The position numbers and the translations under genes were made by a program. A DNA stretch of 64,000 nt, from assembly GCA_004764695.1 (NCBI GenBank), contig SMSO01000032.1, positions 4,124,483 to 4,188,482 on the forward strand, read 5' to 3'. How positions within the stretch are numbered: position 1 is the stretch's first letter; every line of letters begins with the position of its first letter. The notes under the pieces are model-generated. The model had not been told where the DNA came from. It searched no databases and worked only from the letters and a program-made list of their open reading frames with translations. This DNA comes from Schizochytrium sp. TIO01 (Eukaryota; Protista; Bigyra: Labyrinthulomycetes). Below are positions 36,303 through 47,938 of the stretch, in pieces.

Positions 36303-38423
36303 CTAGTTTCGGTTTACTTTGCTGAGCAAACTCTTCAGGTCATTCACTTGGTTTGGAGTCAACTTGATAGGAGGTTCACTGTTACGCCCTGCAGGTGGTA
36401 TAGAGGGACGATTTTGTCCTGCAGATGAGTTATTGGAAGACGAGGAGAGCTGGCTTCCGTATGGCCCACCCGGAGGCCTGTTCGGATTACTATTGCCGCT
36501 TGCGCCATTATCATGCCCGCCATAACCTGCGTCTTGGTACCCGCTACTCTGAGGAGGAGGAGGAGGACGGTATCCACTGGGAGTAGAGCTTCCACCACCA
36601 TACGCTGGTGAATTGTTGCTACCACTTCCGTAACCCTGCTGATGAGAAGGCTGATGAGGAGGTGGTGCGCCATAAGACTGAGGAGGTGGTGCGCCATAAG
36701 ATTGAGGAGGTGGTGCCTGAGGCTGTCCATAATACTGGTGCTGAGGTGGTGGGGCGGGAGGAGGGGCTCCGTACTGGGGCGGTGCACTATACTGCTGAGC
36801 TGGCGGACCGCCATATGGGGGTGGCTGGTGCTGGGGAGGAATCGGGGCCGGTGGATAGCCACCATAGTTCGGGGGCGCCTGGTGTTGCAGTGGTGGAGCT
36901 CCGTAACTCTGGGGAGGGGGGGCGCCGTAGTTATGTTGAGGATGCTGCGGAGCCCCATAATTTGCGCCCCCATACTCACTCTGGTGACCCTGGTGATGAC
37001 TTTGGTGATGACCCTGATGGTGGCTCTGATGATGGCTATGGCTAGACTGGCCGTAAGAATGCGGAGCACCGCCACCATACCCACCATGCTGATGTCCCAT
37101 ATCACGTGGCGGTGCTCCACCACGTGGTGTGTATGTAAAGCCAAGCTTTTCCTCGGCGCGAAGAATACGGTCTACCATTTCACTGAGAGGAGCATCTACT
37201 GTGTAGCACTTACCGCTGCGGTCGTGCTCACGCAAGAATTTCATAGTAACGCGCTGTGTGCGAACACTTGTGTTTCCAACAATCACGCCGTAACGAGACT
37301 TGTTGTTTTCCCAATCACGGATAGCAGTTCCAAGGTTTCGACCGTCAGGCATCTCAAGCTTGTATGGTACGCCGGTGCGTTCCAAAACGCGGGCTGTTTC
37401 CTCTGCGAACTCTCGTTGGCCGCGGCCTAATAGCAAAAGCTTCACGACATCACCATCACCAGGGGTTGGAACTCCGCCGGCTCGTTGCGCAGCGGCACCA
37501 GCACCGTTGTTTCCTGTGCCAGGTGGGGAGCTTCCACGTCCACCATAAAACTCACGATCCCGAGAGCGCCCAGGACTACGCTCGCGTTCGCGACCACGGG
37601 GACCACGAATGTCACGATCCCGAGAACGACGATCACGGTCGTGATCCCGATCACGTTGGTCACGATTACCATCTCGGCGGGAGCGATCCATTGAGTCATG
37701 AGGGCCACTTGCAACAGGTTGAGGATCAATAGGTTTGCCTCCAATCATAACACCCTTTTCCACCATAGATGCTTGAACAGCTTCGGGTTTATCAAATTGC
37801 ACAAAACCATATTTGCGGTGGAATGAGATTTCTAAAATGCGACCATACTTGTTGAAAATATTTGCAATCTCATCACGCGAGACCATGTCGGTGTTCAAGT
37901 TACCAATAAAAAGACGGCAAGCGTTTCGCTCCTCGGAGTTGCGGAAAGCCGAAGCAACAGAGGCGGAGTTCCCTCCATTGTTGTTATTGTTGGTGCTGCC
38001 ACCGTTGTTGTTGTTATCATAAGCGTGCTCCGTTGATCCCGAACGGTCATCACCTCCGACTTGTTTACGGTCATCACCCCGATCTTCATAATAGGGCTTG
38101 GTTGCTGGTGTATGAGCTAACATGCTATCGGCGTTAGCATCTGATGTAGCAGAGGAAGGCTTATTTGCAGCTTCCTGTGCACTATCAGATGGTACATCGG
38201 GATTAGTTTGAGGTGGCGCATCTGCACCGTCGTTCTCTTGCTGTGGAGGATCAGCAGGCTTCTCCTGCGATACTGAGCTTAATGGTGCATCAGTCTCAGC
38301 AGCAGACTGGTTGCTAGCCGATGCTGTAGTCTCCGCACTAGGGGCCGCAGGCTCCTGAGGAGGTGCTTGGTTGCTCTCATTCAAGTTCTGCGGTGCAGTA
38401 GGTGCTTCTCCTGTTTCCGACAT
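36303..38423 (-). CDS. RRM protein, NCOA5/Nab3/hnRNP-C-like, with anticodon-binding-like domain and Y/P/Q/G-rich tail
   Basis: RLFIGNLNT (RNP2) and KYGFVQF (RNP1), an RD/RS-rich stretch, an alpha/beta domain (LGTAIRDWENNKSRYGVIVG...VTMKFL) like the HGTP anticodon-binding fold of NCOA5, and YGAPPP repeats. Confidence 0.8.
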   Translation of the reverse strand: MSETGEAPTAPQNLNESNQAPPQEPAAPSAETTASASNQSAAETDAPLSSVSQEKPADPPQQENDGADAPPQTNPDVPSDSAQEAANKPSSATSDANADSMLAHTPATKPYYEDRGDDRKQVGGDDRSGSTEHAYDNNNNGGSTNNNNNGGNSASVASAFRNSEERNACRLFIGNLNTDMVSRDEIANIFNKYGRILEISFHRKYGFVQFDKPEAVQASMVEKGVMIGGKPIDPQPVASGPHDSMDRSRRDGNRDQRDRDHDRDRRSRDRDIRGPRGRERERSPGRSRDREFYGGRGSSPPGTGNNGAGAAAQRAGGVPTPGDGDVVKLLLLGRGQREFAEETARVLERTGVPYKLEMPDGRNLGTAIRDWENNKSRYGVIVGNTSVRTQRVTMKFLREHDRSGKCYTVDAPLSEMVDRILRAEEKLGFTYTPRGGAPPRDMGHQHGGYGGGAPHSYGQSSHSHHQSHHQGHHQSHHQGHQSEYGGANYGAPQHPQHNYGAPPPQSYGAPPLQHQAPPNYGGYPPAPIPPQHQPPPYGGPPAQQYSAPPQYGAPPPAPPPQHQYYGQPQAPPPQSYGAPPPQSYGAPPPHQPSHQQGYGSGSNNSPAYGGGSSTPSGYRPPPPPQSSGYQDAGYGGHDNGASGNSNPNRPPGGPYGSQLSSSSNNSSAGQNRPSIPPAGRNSEPPIKLTPNQVNDLKSLLSKVNRN

Positions 38424-41040
38424 GGTTTCTATTATCTGATGATAACTCGTAGAAAGTGAATGTCAAACCACAGCGTAACTTTTTTCCAACAACTCTTGTT
38501 GGCGATAAATCCGATTTGTTATGAATGTCGCACGACTTTTGGGTTTTCACAACAAATGACGCACAAGAATAAGGATATGAAGGAGAAGGAGTTAAGAAGT
38601 GGATAGGGGAGTGGAAGAAAGAAGTGGGAGGAAGGAGGAAGAGCAAAAGGAAAGGAAAACTGGAAGAGAAGGAAGAGAAAGACAGAGAACCAAAGAGTGT
38701 CCTCACCAACAACAGGCAAACCTCAAATAGATAAGGCTGGCGTTCAATAGGAAAAGCTTCTCACAACCAGTAAATGGAAAAACGCAGCCCTAGGCTAATT
38801 TCTAAACTCAGACGTTTGGAAAGATATAGCTTCGTGCGGAGTGAAACCCTTGTGTTAATATGTGAATTTCACAACGCTGCACAAGAAAGGAAAGACTCAC
38901 AAAGGTAAGTGATCGCAATCAGGAAAGCTAGGCTCGATGAAGAACAAAGCTTGAAGCTCAGGAGACTCGGCCTGTTCTTAACACAACAACACGAAACGCA
39001 CGCGTCTAAGGAAATCAAAACAAACAACGGCTAGCGAACTGATCTTCGATCAATCAAAGCAACAGTCGGGAACTTCTCTGAGAACCTGCGTACCCTAACA
39101 CAGTATTTCAGAGCAGATCGTAACTAGCTGGCAATGGCGAGATTGCCTGGTTTCGGGAGCTCAAATCTGCAGCAAGCGCGTGGACAGTTTCTATGGTAGC
39201 AAAGCTAGGAAGAAGTATATCAACAACGCAACGCAACGCAACGTAAAACAACAAAGGTAAACAACGACAACCGCTTTGTTCCCAATCCCTTAAGATGGCA
39301 ACAGGGCGTTCGAGGTGAAAAGGTAAGCTCAAAATCAGACTAGATCGTACGGATCAAGCTGTAATAGGACCCAGAGCAAAGTTGCAGACAATACTTGTCC
39401 GCTAGACTCGCAAGTTAATCTGGTGATCGAGAGATACCACCACCAAACCAAGACGGCAATGACTGCCTCCAACTTTACCAGCCGCCGAAGAATGTATTAA
39501 AGAAAGCTCAAAGCAAGCTACAGCTTGCAAGGGTTTTGTTTCTCCGCACTGCAAATGCGCTCAAGGACTTCACAAGGAAGTCAAGTCTCACGCCAAATAC
39601 AAAGTGGATTAAGCAGGAAAGAAATCAAATCGAAACAAAGGCGACGAAGAGGAGCTCCGGCACAACAGGAGAAATAGGGAGTAGGAGTAGAACTAGGAGA
39701 AGGAGACTCAGAGGAAGTCCTCAAGAAGGAGGGGATCTCCGAAAAAGACCAACGAGGCGTGAAAGAAAGGGATCGCCTGAGCGATCAGTCAACGAGTCCT
39801 GAGGTTTCAAACAGTGATCTGAAGCCGGTCCCACACCAAGCTAGATCAACCCAGTTCTGCACACAGGTGAAAAATGAAGAGTGCGGCGCGACCTTGCTAC
39901 GTGCCGCAGGCGAGCTGAGCAGGTAAGCGTCGCGAGAACAGATGGAAGGCTTCACTCGTTCCTGTTATGCTTGAACTTTTCTCTTTGCCACCCGCACAGG
40001 ATATGGTCTATCAGTATTAAGTGGTCTATAATCCTCACCGCGGTGTGAAAAGTCGACGGGGAACCATAGGAAGCTTCGTATGTATTGCTCTACCTAACTA
40101 AATTAGCTAATGTTTCCTGAAGAATGCATGAGAAAACACATCCTGCAATTGTTAAATGAAGTGGACGAAACTTGGTCTACCAGCAATGCTAAACACACGT
40201 CCAAGCACGTAAAAGTAGGTTTTAAACAAATCTTCAGTGATACTTTATCGCTTAAGACTTCCCGCGAAATGAAGGAAAGAAATTCTTTTAGGTTTGTGTG
40301 CGAAGTTGATTTGAGATTGTGCGTGAAATTAAGCTCTGGTGGATCTTCTGTTTAGCCTATACCTTGTTCTGCTGTGTAATAAATCATGTGCATTTGTAAA
40401 CCCTACTTTAAATCAATATGCTCTTGGTTCGATTACTAGGGTGCTCGCTGGTTGGAAACTTCTACATCCCTTAATGCTTATGGAGATTACAGACTGTCTT
40501 TCGACGATGCCAAAATTACGAGTATATCCTCGAGCATTTTGATGTATGTTTTAGCAACAAATCCTATTCGTACGTCACCAGGGTTACCGCATACAATCTG
40601 GTGTAGCCAAGGACAATATGTGTCAAAGATCTTATAGCGCTACATATATACTGTATATATTGAAATGAGATTGTTTGATGTACCAGTATCGCTGCGAGCT
40701 GCCGCCTAGAAGCTTGCCATTTAGAATAGAAGTGTTTGTATCCACGATCAATATTGTCATGTTTAGAGGCACCTTCTAGACAATGCGCCCGTGAGTTTCC
40801 ACAGCGAATGAGAGGGTCTTGCTCTTGGTCCGGTAAATAAATACACGGGTCTTGTTTGTGCATTCCTCGTCTCGACAATTGAAAAGCTCGTTTGATGATG
40901 CAAGAACAAAGTTGACCTCGAGGAATTGGGCAAGCATTAGATAAATCTTCGATGAACCTGCAATACGCCTAGGAAGAAAACACAAAACCTGCGAAATCTC
41001 TACCTGAGTGATGAGGATCACCGGAAGAAGCACTATCTAG

Positions 41041-42675
41041 ATGGACGTTGTGATGGAGCCTGCTGCGCAAGATCAAGCTCATGTGCGGCAAGATATTGTG
41101 CTGGCGATCCTCTTGGGACTGGTGTTAGCGTTTCTGGTTACGAGAGGCAGACGAGAAACAAGAGAAGGTGGTCAAGATGAAGACCTGCAAGAAGGCAGTC
41201 TGGTGGCGAAGATTAACTTATCTTTGAAGCTTGGCGAGTTGAAAATGAAGCTACCGCTACAAAGGTGGGTTGCTGCTCCTCAAGATAATGCCGGTATAGG
41301 ATCCAAGATTCTTATTCTATCGTATGGCACACGTGGAGATATCGAGCCTATGATTGCTCTTGGCTTGAAAATGCAACAGGTTAAACTGAAACCTTTAATC
41401 TGTGCCCCTGATTGCTACCAGCATATGATTGAATGTGAAGGACTTGGATTCTTATCGATGGGGGTTGAGAAGGTGGAACAACCTGATACGGTCTTTAATA
41501 CGAATCATTCATCGATTGCTGACGTCCTTAGCGTTTTGGCAGATGTTTACCCAATTATCTCTCGAACAAGTTTCGAGATTGCATCTGAAGTACGCCCATC
41601 ATTGATTGTGTGCACTGCGTTAACACGATCGTTCACGATGCATATTGCAGAGTATCTACGTATTCCTTGTTTCTGTGCTCACTTCGTGGCATCTGATGTC
41701 CCAACTAGACACTTCCCTCCATGTGAATTCATTAAGACTTCTCAAGTAGCCTCTCGTCTCTTACCGAAATTTCTACTTGGGTACCTGAATAAATCTCTAT
41801 ATTTCTGGCGTGGGCTTGGGATTATCCGCGCAGCGATTGCTACAGGATTAGCTAAAGCAGACGAAGAATTTCGTATGAATGTAGTTGGCCTTCCCCGCGC
41901 AGACCCATTACAAGGCATGCGGGACGTAGATGAGCAACCCTCATTCCATGCATATGCGCTGCAAATTCAGCAGCGCCCAGCAGACTGGCCTGAACACGTC
42001 ATAAACTGTGGATTCTGGCGAAAGAGCAAAGTGGACTATGTCAAATCGAAAACTACTCAAATCACTGAAGGCAACAATGTGCAGCCAGTTCTTGCAAACT
42101 TCATTAAGGAGGCGCATAGTAGTTCAAAACAAATCGTACTTATTACCTTCGGGAGCATGCAATTGCCTGGCGATCTCCTTCAGCACGTGACAAGTGTTGC
42201 AATTTCTCTTGATTGCTTTGTAATTGCTTGCTCGTCCAAAGCAAATTCACTAGATCCGGACTTTACTCAAACTGAGAAGAGCATTCTGCATGTCCATACC
42301 TCCATTTCCTATGATGCTGTATTTCCACATTGCTCTTGTATTGTGCATCATGGTGGAGCTGGTACAACAGCCTCTGCTCTTTACGCTGGTGCACCATCTA
42401 TTGTAATTCCTATTTTCCAATGGTCAGATCAGCCTTATTGGGCTTCGCGTGTGGAGCTGAAGGGTTGTGGAGTACAGCTCCCTTTAAAAGATGCGCTTGA
42501 GGATAACACCAAGACTATATCTGCTCTCGAAAAGGCGTTAAGTCCGAACACAAGATCAAAGGCGAAGCTTATACAAGCTGAGTTGCTCTCGGAACCAGAT
42601 GGTGCCGAATTTGCAGCAAAAATTGTTCTTACATATTGTCAACAGCTTTCGCAACAGAAATCACTTATGTTATAA
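41041..42675 (+). CDS. UDP-glucose:sterol glucosyltransferase-like (GT1, UGT51/UGT80 type)
   Basis: ILILSYGTRGDIEPMIALG, RPADWP, ITFGSM, VHHGGAGTTASAL and DQPYW motifs, with an N-terminal TM helix. Confidence 0.88.
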   Translation: MDVVMEPAAQDQAHVRQDIVLAILLGLVLAFLVTRGRRETREGGQDEDLQEGSLVAKINLSLKLGELKMKLPLQRWVAAPQDNAGIGSKILILSYGTRGDIEPMIALGLKMQQVKLKPLICAPDCYQHMIECEGLGFLSMGVEKVEQPDTVFNTNHSSIADVLSVLADVYPIISRTSFEIASEVRPSLIVCTALTRSFTMHIAEYLRIPCFCAHFVASDVPTRHFPPCEFIKTSQVASRLLPKFLLGYLNKSLYFWRGLGIIRAAIATGLAKADEEFRMNVVGLPRADPLQGMRDVDEQPSFHAYALQIQQRPADWPEHVINCGFWRKSKVDYVKSKTTQITEGNNVQPVLANFIKEAHSSSKQIVLITFGSMQLPGDLLQHVTSVAISLDCFVIACSSKANSLDPDFTQTEKSILHVHTSISYDAVFPHCSCIVHHGGAGTTASALYAGAPSIVIPIFQWSDQPYWASRVELKGCGVQLPLKDALEDNTKTISALEKALSPNTRSKAKLIQAELLSEPDGAEFAAKIVLTYCQQLSQQKSLML

Positions 42676-43312
42676 TAAATATCTCCACAAATATGCTGGC
42701 ACTTCATTTTGAAACCTCATTTTTTTTCTTAAGAAAAAGAAATCATGTTGCGTGATCAAGGAAAGCTTCATGATTTGCATTCACATTTGCCCCAGCTGGA
42801 ATCCAAGCGGAACAAAGCGTCACTGTCCTTTTAACCATCCATTCAGGTGGCCACAGAAAAGAGAAACCCCATTTAAGAACCTCTTCTAAGAAAAACTTAT
42901 CAACTTATCATATAATTTTAATCACCCAAGGCTGGAGCTCCAATTCTCCTACAACTTTAATGTAGGCACACGCGTCACAGGCTCAAAGGAGCCCAACTGC
43001 TCAAGCCCTCAAAGCACCATCATGATATATGAAACATTTTCTTTAAATTAGATTCTTTACTATACATTAGGAAAAGGTACATATTCCTATAACTCTAAAA
43101 AATATCCGGGTTGTAATTTGATGAAACAGATCTCAAGTCGCAGCTGCTGCAATTCTCTATTTCCGGTGCCGCTTTCGCGGGCGCCATCGTCGAAGTCGAG
43201 GAGAGGCCGCTCTTCCTCTCCTCACCTTCGTTCGCTCGTATACTCCTAGTCCTTTGCTTTTTGTTTCTCTGGTGTATTGTTCAAGGAGCATCCATCCGCC
43301 GATTCCGCAGCC

Positions 43313-46300
43313 ATGCTTGAGGGCTCCAAGGTCTTCGCGCGCGGCGCCGCTGCTGCTGGCGGGGCCCGCGTGGAGGTGACTGCTGACATCGGTGTCGTGG
43401 CAAACAGCGTTGATATCAGCGCTGATCAGCAGGTTGTGGCGGTGGGTGCCAACAACAGCCTGACGCTGCTACGGCTGTGGAATCGATACCGTTCTTTGGA
43501 CGTCGAAGAGTCGCATTTTTTGAAAGACACCAAGCATGGCGCAAGCAAATCGATAGGTCTCCTGAAACCAATTCTCAAGGTCAAATTCAATCCTACTTTA
43601 CATCATGCACATTATTTAGCTACAACATCCTCAAGCGGAGCTGTTGGACTGTGGAATCTGCATCACATCAAAGAGGATCGAGGCCAGTGGCACCCGGAAA
43701 CGGTCCTGCGAGAGCACAATCAGGCTGTGAGCTGTCTGGCCTGGCATTACGACGATCCCTCGCTGCTACTTACGGGCTCAAATGACACAAAGATAAAATA
43801 CTGGGACATGCGAGTTCGCCAGGCATCAAACCTCACAATTACACCGAAGAGTGATACTGTGCGAGATATCCAGTTTCGTAAAGAGGATGGGAGCACTCAG
43901 TTCGCGGCTGCTTTTGCGAATGGTACAGTGCAGGTTTGGGATGTACGCCACTTTAAGCGGCCGCAGTCCATATACCATGCCCATGATGAGGCTTACACAG
44001 TGGACTGGAATGCAGAGCAGACGAACCTGCTTGCCAGTGGCGGACGTGATGGCTGGATTAAGGTTTGGGATATCAACGCTAAACCTTTGGAAGATATGCC
44101 ACAACCAAGTGCACCTCTTTTAGGCTCAGAATTAGGAAATACCAGAGCTGCTAGTTCACGTGTTGTTACCACGGCAACTCACGTTCGCCGGGCTAGTGGC
44201 GACTCCTTGGGGCATTCTTCTATTAGCTCTGGAGTTGAGAATCCTTCTGGGCGTAAAATCAAGCGACGCACCTTACACCGCCCTGTGTATTTGATTGAGG
44301 TGGCCGAGAAACCTGTAATGCGCGTGAAATGGCGTCCTGAGCATCCTTATCTGATTGCTGCGAGCTCACTCAAGAGCCCGGAGATTACATTATGGAACGT
44401 TATGGACCCGCACGTCCCAGTTGCTTCGGTAAATGCATGCGACCGTGAAGATGTTGCAAATGGATTTCTTTGGCTCGATACATTTCTTGATCCCACAGAA
44501 ACAGTATACTCTAGCTTATATGACACCTCGTGGTGGATAGGCGATGAAGGCGAGGATGATCTTGAAGAAGTAGCTGAAAATAATGAAGCTGTGGAAAACC
44601 TTCGCGACCTCTCCAGACCAACAAAAGAAGCTGAAGAGTTAGCAGAAGTCCCTGCATCCGAACGCGGGCATTTCAGGCCTATTGACCTCTCGTACCGGTC
44701 GGACTCAAAGGAGAGCGGGAAGATGCCTTTGCATTCTGAATCAAGACTTCATCCGACGGCTGGACTCATTCCTGTGTCACCCCCGCTCCAGCACCAAGTG
44801 AGTGATCTTTCGTATGCCAACGCCAAGTACAATGCTTCCTTTGTTGGTCACTCTTTAGCACGCCCACCAAGCCCCGCTGCCTCAGTTGCGGATTCTGTCA
44901 TCTCACATCGCACAAACAATGGTCACATGAAGAATGGGGACTCTGCTGACGGAAATGTGCTTACCTTGCGTGACTCGCAAAAAATAAAGTTCCGCAAGTA
45001 CAGACATAAGCATCGCCAGGGCGAAGATTCTCAGCATAGCTGGGGCTGCTTGTTAAGCTGTACACCAGGAGGCAAAGTAACAATTCGCAATCTGCAGCGC
45101 GCTGACAAGCCTTTGAATAGGTTTCGTGCGACGGCAATCAGCCTATCTGTTGGATCTCGTCTTGCAGCAATGCATGAAGATATCCCTTTCCAACGTCTGG
45201 GCGGAAGTTTCCTAGTCACTCAAGTATTGGGACCATCCGAAATTGAACCCCCGTCACACAACAAGATTCATATTCTTGGAGCTGAAGTAATGCAGTCTAA
45301 AAGGCATCGCAAACGTGCTATGGATTTTACAGATTCTCTATTTGGGTTCGATGCGGAGCAATTCAAGACTCTCGCACAAGGCTACATGACACCGGGCACC
45401 CTAAGTCAAACTCCTGAAGGATCACGCTTGCTATCGGAACATCGTCTACGTCACCGTATTATCCTTCAAACAAACGCTGCTAACTCAAGCGCCCATATGC
45501 ACTCTGGTGATTATCCATATCAAGGAGGGCTTGGCGTCGATGGCCAAATGCCTCATGTGGCTAGTAAAACTAATACAGGACCTTCCAAGGAGATGGATAG
45601 TGCCCAGGACAAACACAAGACATCAGTGGAGCCGTATCGTAATGGTGGAGTTGATAGGCAAGAAGTTGACACTCCAGATATCACAAAAAACAAAAAAAGA
45701 ATGAGGGAGCAAGAAGCTCTGCTGGACCAGCAAGCAGCCTTGACTGCATGCTGTGAGCATAACGCGAGTATTGCAGATGCAGCTGGAGCTCTTGTTCAGG
45801 CTCAAATCTGGCGTCTGCTTATGCTTATTTTTTCTCCGCAAAGTGTACACCTTGACCTGCAGACTGTTTCTCTGAAAGTTAAGCATCCTGTAGTGAGTGC
45901 TATGCAGCGTTCCCGCGTGCGAACAACAAGCTATGCTAGCCAAAGCACGGCGGAGAGCGCTGCCCCCCATCAACCAAGAGTCCCTCTAATTGAACCGGTT
46001 TCTTCCGATATTGTTATTACTACGTATAATAATGCAGCCAATAATAGTGATCTGCTTGAGTCCAGTGGAGCGCTTCCACTCAGCAACAATCCTATGCTTC
46101 GCACAGAACCTAATATGAACAAGGTAGCCTCCCACGATTCGGTGAATAAACCTAAAGAGGTTCTTGGGGTGCCAGGGGTAACGGGCAGCCCACCGCATAT
46201 GCCCCAGAAACATCTTCGAACGCATAGTGCTAGCTCTGCGTCTAAATTATCCAACACCTCGTTAGAGTATCCTCCTGCAGGACCAGTTCAAGCACAGAGA

Positions 46301-47938
46301 CAAGTCCCACGTCCTCGGGCATCCTCTAGCAGTTCGCATTTGGGGAGTACTGTTCCTACAACAGATTCACAAAGTTTCGAAGAAACAGACCTTGATAGCT
46401 TGTATGTAACTCAAGATATGGATGCTCTGGTCGGTCCTGGAGAGATGAAAGAGGGCGATGCATCACATCGTTCAAAGAGGATTCCCGATCGCGTGGCCCT
46501 TAAGAAAATTCCTGTGGATGAGGAATCTCCGGAGAGTGAAATCTTTGCTTCTGAACCTGAAGGAGCACAGGAAATCACAGTGAAAGACCCGTTTTCTATT
46601 GCACCAGCACGAACACAATTGTGGAGACCTGAGAGTATTAATCTTTTGTGTAGGCTTAGTCTCGCACTTCCCATGAATGAATCGAACTTTATTCTTTCCT
46701 CGAAAGTGCTGGAAGATGATGTGCAGGAGCTACATGATGCTCTTGATTTGGCAAAACCGCCTGTGCCTGTGAGCCCTATGCCTAAGGGTCACCAGAAGCT
46801 CCGACGTTTACATCGGATGCAGAGGCGACAGAAATTTGTGCAATTTTATCGCCAGATATATGCAACTCAACTGCAAGTACAAGCAGAAGCTCCAGTGCAG
46901 GGCCCTGTTTCTGCTGTTCCGGTCTTTGCACCTAATGCGACAAGACCTTTACTTCAAATGCCCACAGCAGAGGAGCTTGCCTTGTCGCGCGGTACGTCGC
47001 TCAGCTCGGCGCTCACATATGATGCTGATGATAATGACCAATATGCACCTGGAAGCCACACAGGCATAGTGCACGGCGATGGAAGACCTGGATACGATGA
47101 CGGCACAGGAAACCGACATGGGGCTATAGAAAGTATGCATCAAGATCAAGAAAGTGAATCGGAGGGATTCGTCAGCTCTCAAGGTGGGACTCAACATCTT
47201 GAGACAAAGCTGGGCGTTGAATTGGATGGAATACATGACGTTAATGGGCTCGCAACTCTAGGAATGGGCTCTGAAGAGGGGTCTACTATCGCTTCGCAAG
47301 GACCTGTACCCTTGAGCCTTCTTGGTCTGTCTAAAAGTGGATTAGAAAAGGGGGAAGTTGTTCTCTCACCATTTCATATCGTTACGCAAAATACGAGCAA
47401 GTTTAAATCTGAGCTGGTACACGATATACTTCAATACCACGCTGATATTGGAGATGTGCAGACTTGCTCTATGGTAATTTTAGTTTTGGGCGATCTGCTT
47501 TCTCCAGAGGTAAGGCCTTTGAAGAGACGTATGTGGCTTTGCTCGTATGTAGACCTTTTGCAGCAACTTCGTGTGTATTCTGTTGCAGCGCGTGTCATCT
47601 CAGCTTGCCATGATCCGGAAGTGGAGAGATGCTATCAGATGTCCAGCATGGTTGCTGAAGGTTGTGGTTACTGCTATCCTACAAACACGAAGAACCTAAT
47701 CATGGCAGATGATGATTTCACAGGCTCTTGTAATACATGTAAGAACACAGTAAGTCGTTGTGCGATCTGCGAGGAAGTCGTCAAGGGTGTCTATGTCTGG
47801 TGCCAAGGCTGTGGACATAGTGGTCATTTGGATCATATGACTGAATGGTTCAAGACGGAGACTACGTGCCCGACTGGCTGTGGCCATGAGTGTACATTGA
47901 GTTGCCAGGGAGGACCCTGGTCTGCTACAGAAGAGTAG
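43313..47938 (+). CDS. WDR24: GATOR2/SEA complex subunit WDR24 (Sea2/Rtc1)
   Basis: N-terminal WD40 repeats (LLTGSNDTKIKYWDMR, VRDIQF, NGTVQVWDVR, LASGGRDGWIKVWD, RVKWRP), CEHNASIA, GDVQTC, W..SYVDLL and a C-terminal zinc finger CAICEEVVKGVYVWCQGCGHSGH...CPTGCGHEC. Confidence 0.9.
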   Translation: MLEGSKVFARGAAAAGGARVEVTADIGVVANSVDISADQQVVAVGANNSLTLLRLWNRYRSLDVEESHFLKDTKHGASKSIGLLKPILKVKFNPTLHHAHYLATTSSSGAVGLWNLHHIKEDRGQWHPETVLREHNQAVSCLAWHYDDPSLLLTGSNDTKIKYWDMRVRQASNLTITPKSDTVRDIQFRKEDGSTQFAAAFANGTVQVWDVRHFKRPQSIYHAHDEAYTVDWNAEQTNLLASGGRDGWIKVWDINAKPLEDMPQPSAPLLGSELGNTRAASSRVVTTATHVRRASGDSLGHSSISSGVENPSGRKIKRRTLHRPVYLIEVAEKPVMRVKWRPEHPYLIAASSLKSPEITLWNVMDPHVPVASVNACDREDVANGFLWLDTFLDPTETVYSSLYDTSWWIGDEGEDDLEEVAENNEAVENLRDLSRPTKEAEELAEVPASERGHFRPIDLSYRSDSKESGKMPLHSESRLHPTAGLIPVSPPLQHQVSDLSYANAKYNASFVGHSLARPPSPAASVADSVISHRTNNGHMKNGDSADGNVLTLRDSQKIKFRKYRHKHRQGEDSQHSWGCLLSCTPGGKVTIRNLQRADKPLNRFRATAISLSVGSRLAAMHEDIPFQRLGGSFLVTQVLGPSEIEPPSHNKIHILGAEVMQSKRHRKRAMDFTDSLFGFDAEQFKTLAQGYMTPGTLSQTPEGSRLLSEHRLRHRIILQTNAANSSAHMHSGDYPYQGGLGVDGQMPHVASKTNTGPSKEMDSAQDKHKTSVEPYRNGGVDRQEVDTPDITKNKKRMREQEALLDQQAALTACCEHNASIADAAGALVQAQIWRLLMLIFSPQSVHLDLQTVSLKVKHPVVSAMQRSRVRTTSYASQSTAESAAPHQPRVPLIEPVSSDIVITTYNNAANNSDLLESSGALPLSNNPMLRTEPNMNKVASHDSVNKPKEVLGVPGVTGSPPHMPQKHLRTHSASSASKLSNTSLEYPPAGPVQAQRQVPRPRASSSSSHLGSTVPTTDSQSFEETDLDSLYVTQDMDALVGPGEMKEGDASHRSKRIPDRVALKKIPVDEESPESEIFASEPEGAQEITVKDPFSIAPARTQLWRPESINLLCRLSLALPMNESNFILSSKVLEDDVQELHDALDLAKPPVPVSPMPKGHQKLRRLHRMQRRQKFVQFYRQIYATQLQVQAEAPVQGPVSAVPVFAPNATRPLLQMPTAEELALSRGTSLSSALTYDADDNDQYAPGSHTGIVHGDGRPGYDDGTGNRHGAIESMHQDQESESEGFVSSQGGTQHLETKLGVELDGIHDVNGLATLGMGSEEGSTIASQGPVPLSLLGLSKSGLEKGEVVLSPFHIVTQNTSKFKSELVHDILQYHADIGDVQTCSMVILVLGDLLSPEVRPLKRRMWLCSYVDLLQQLRVYSVAARVISACHDPEVERCYQMSSMVAEGCGYCYPTNTKNLIMADDDFTGSCNTCKNTVSRCAICEEVVKGVYVWCQGCGHSGHLDHMTEWFKTETTCPTGCGHECTLSCQGGPWSATEE

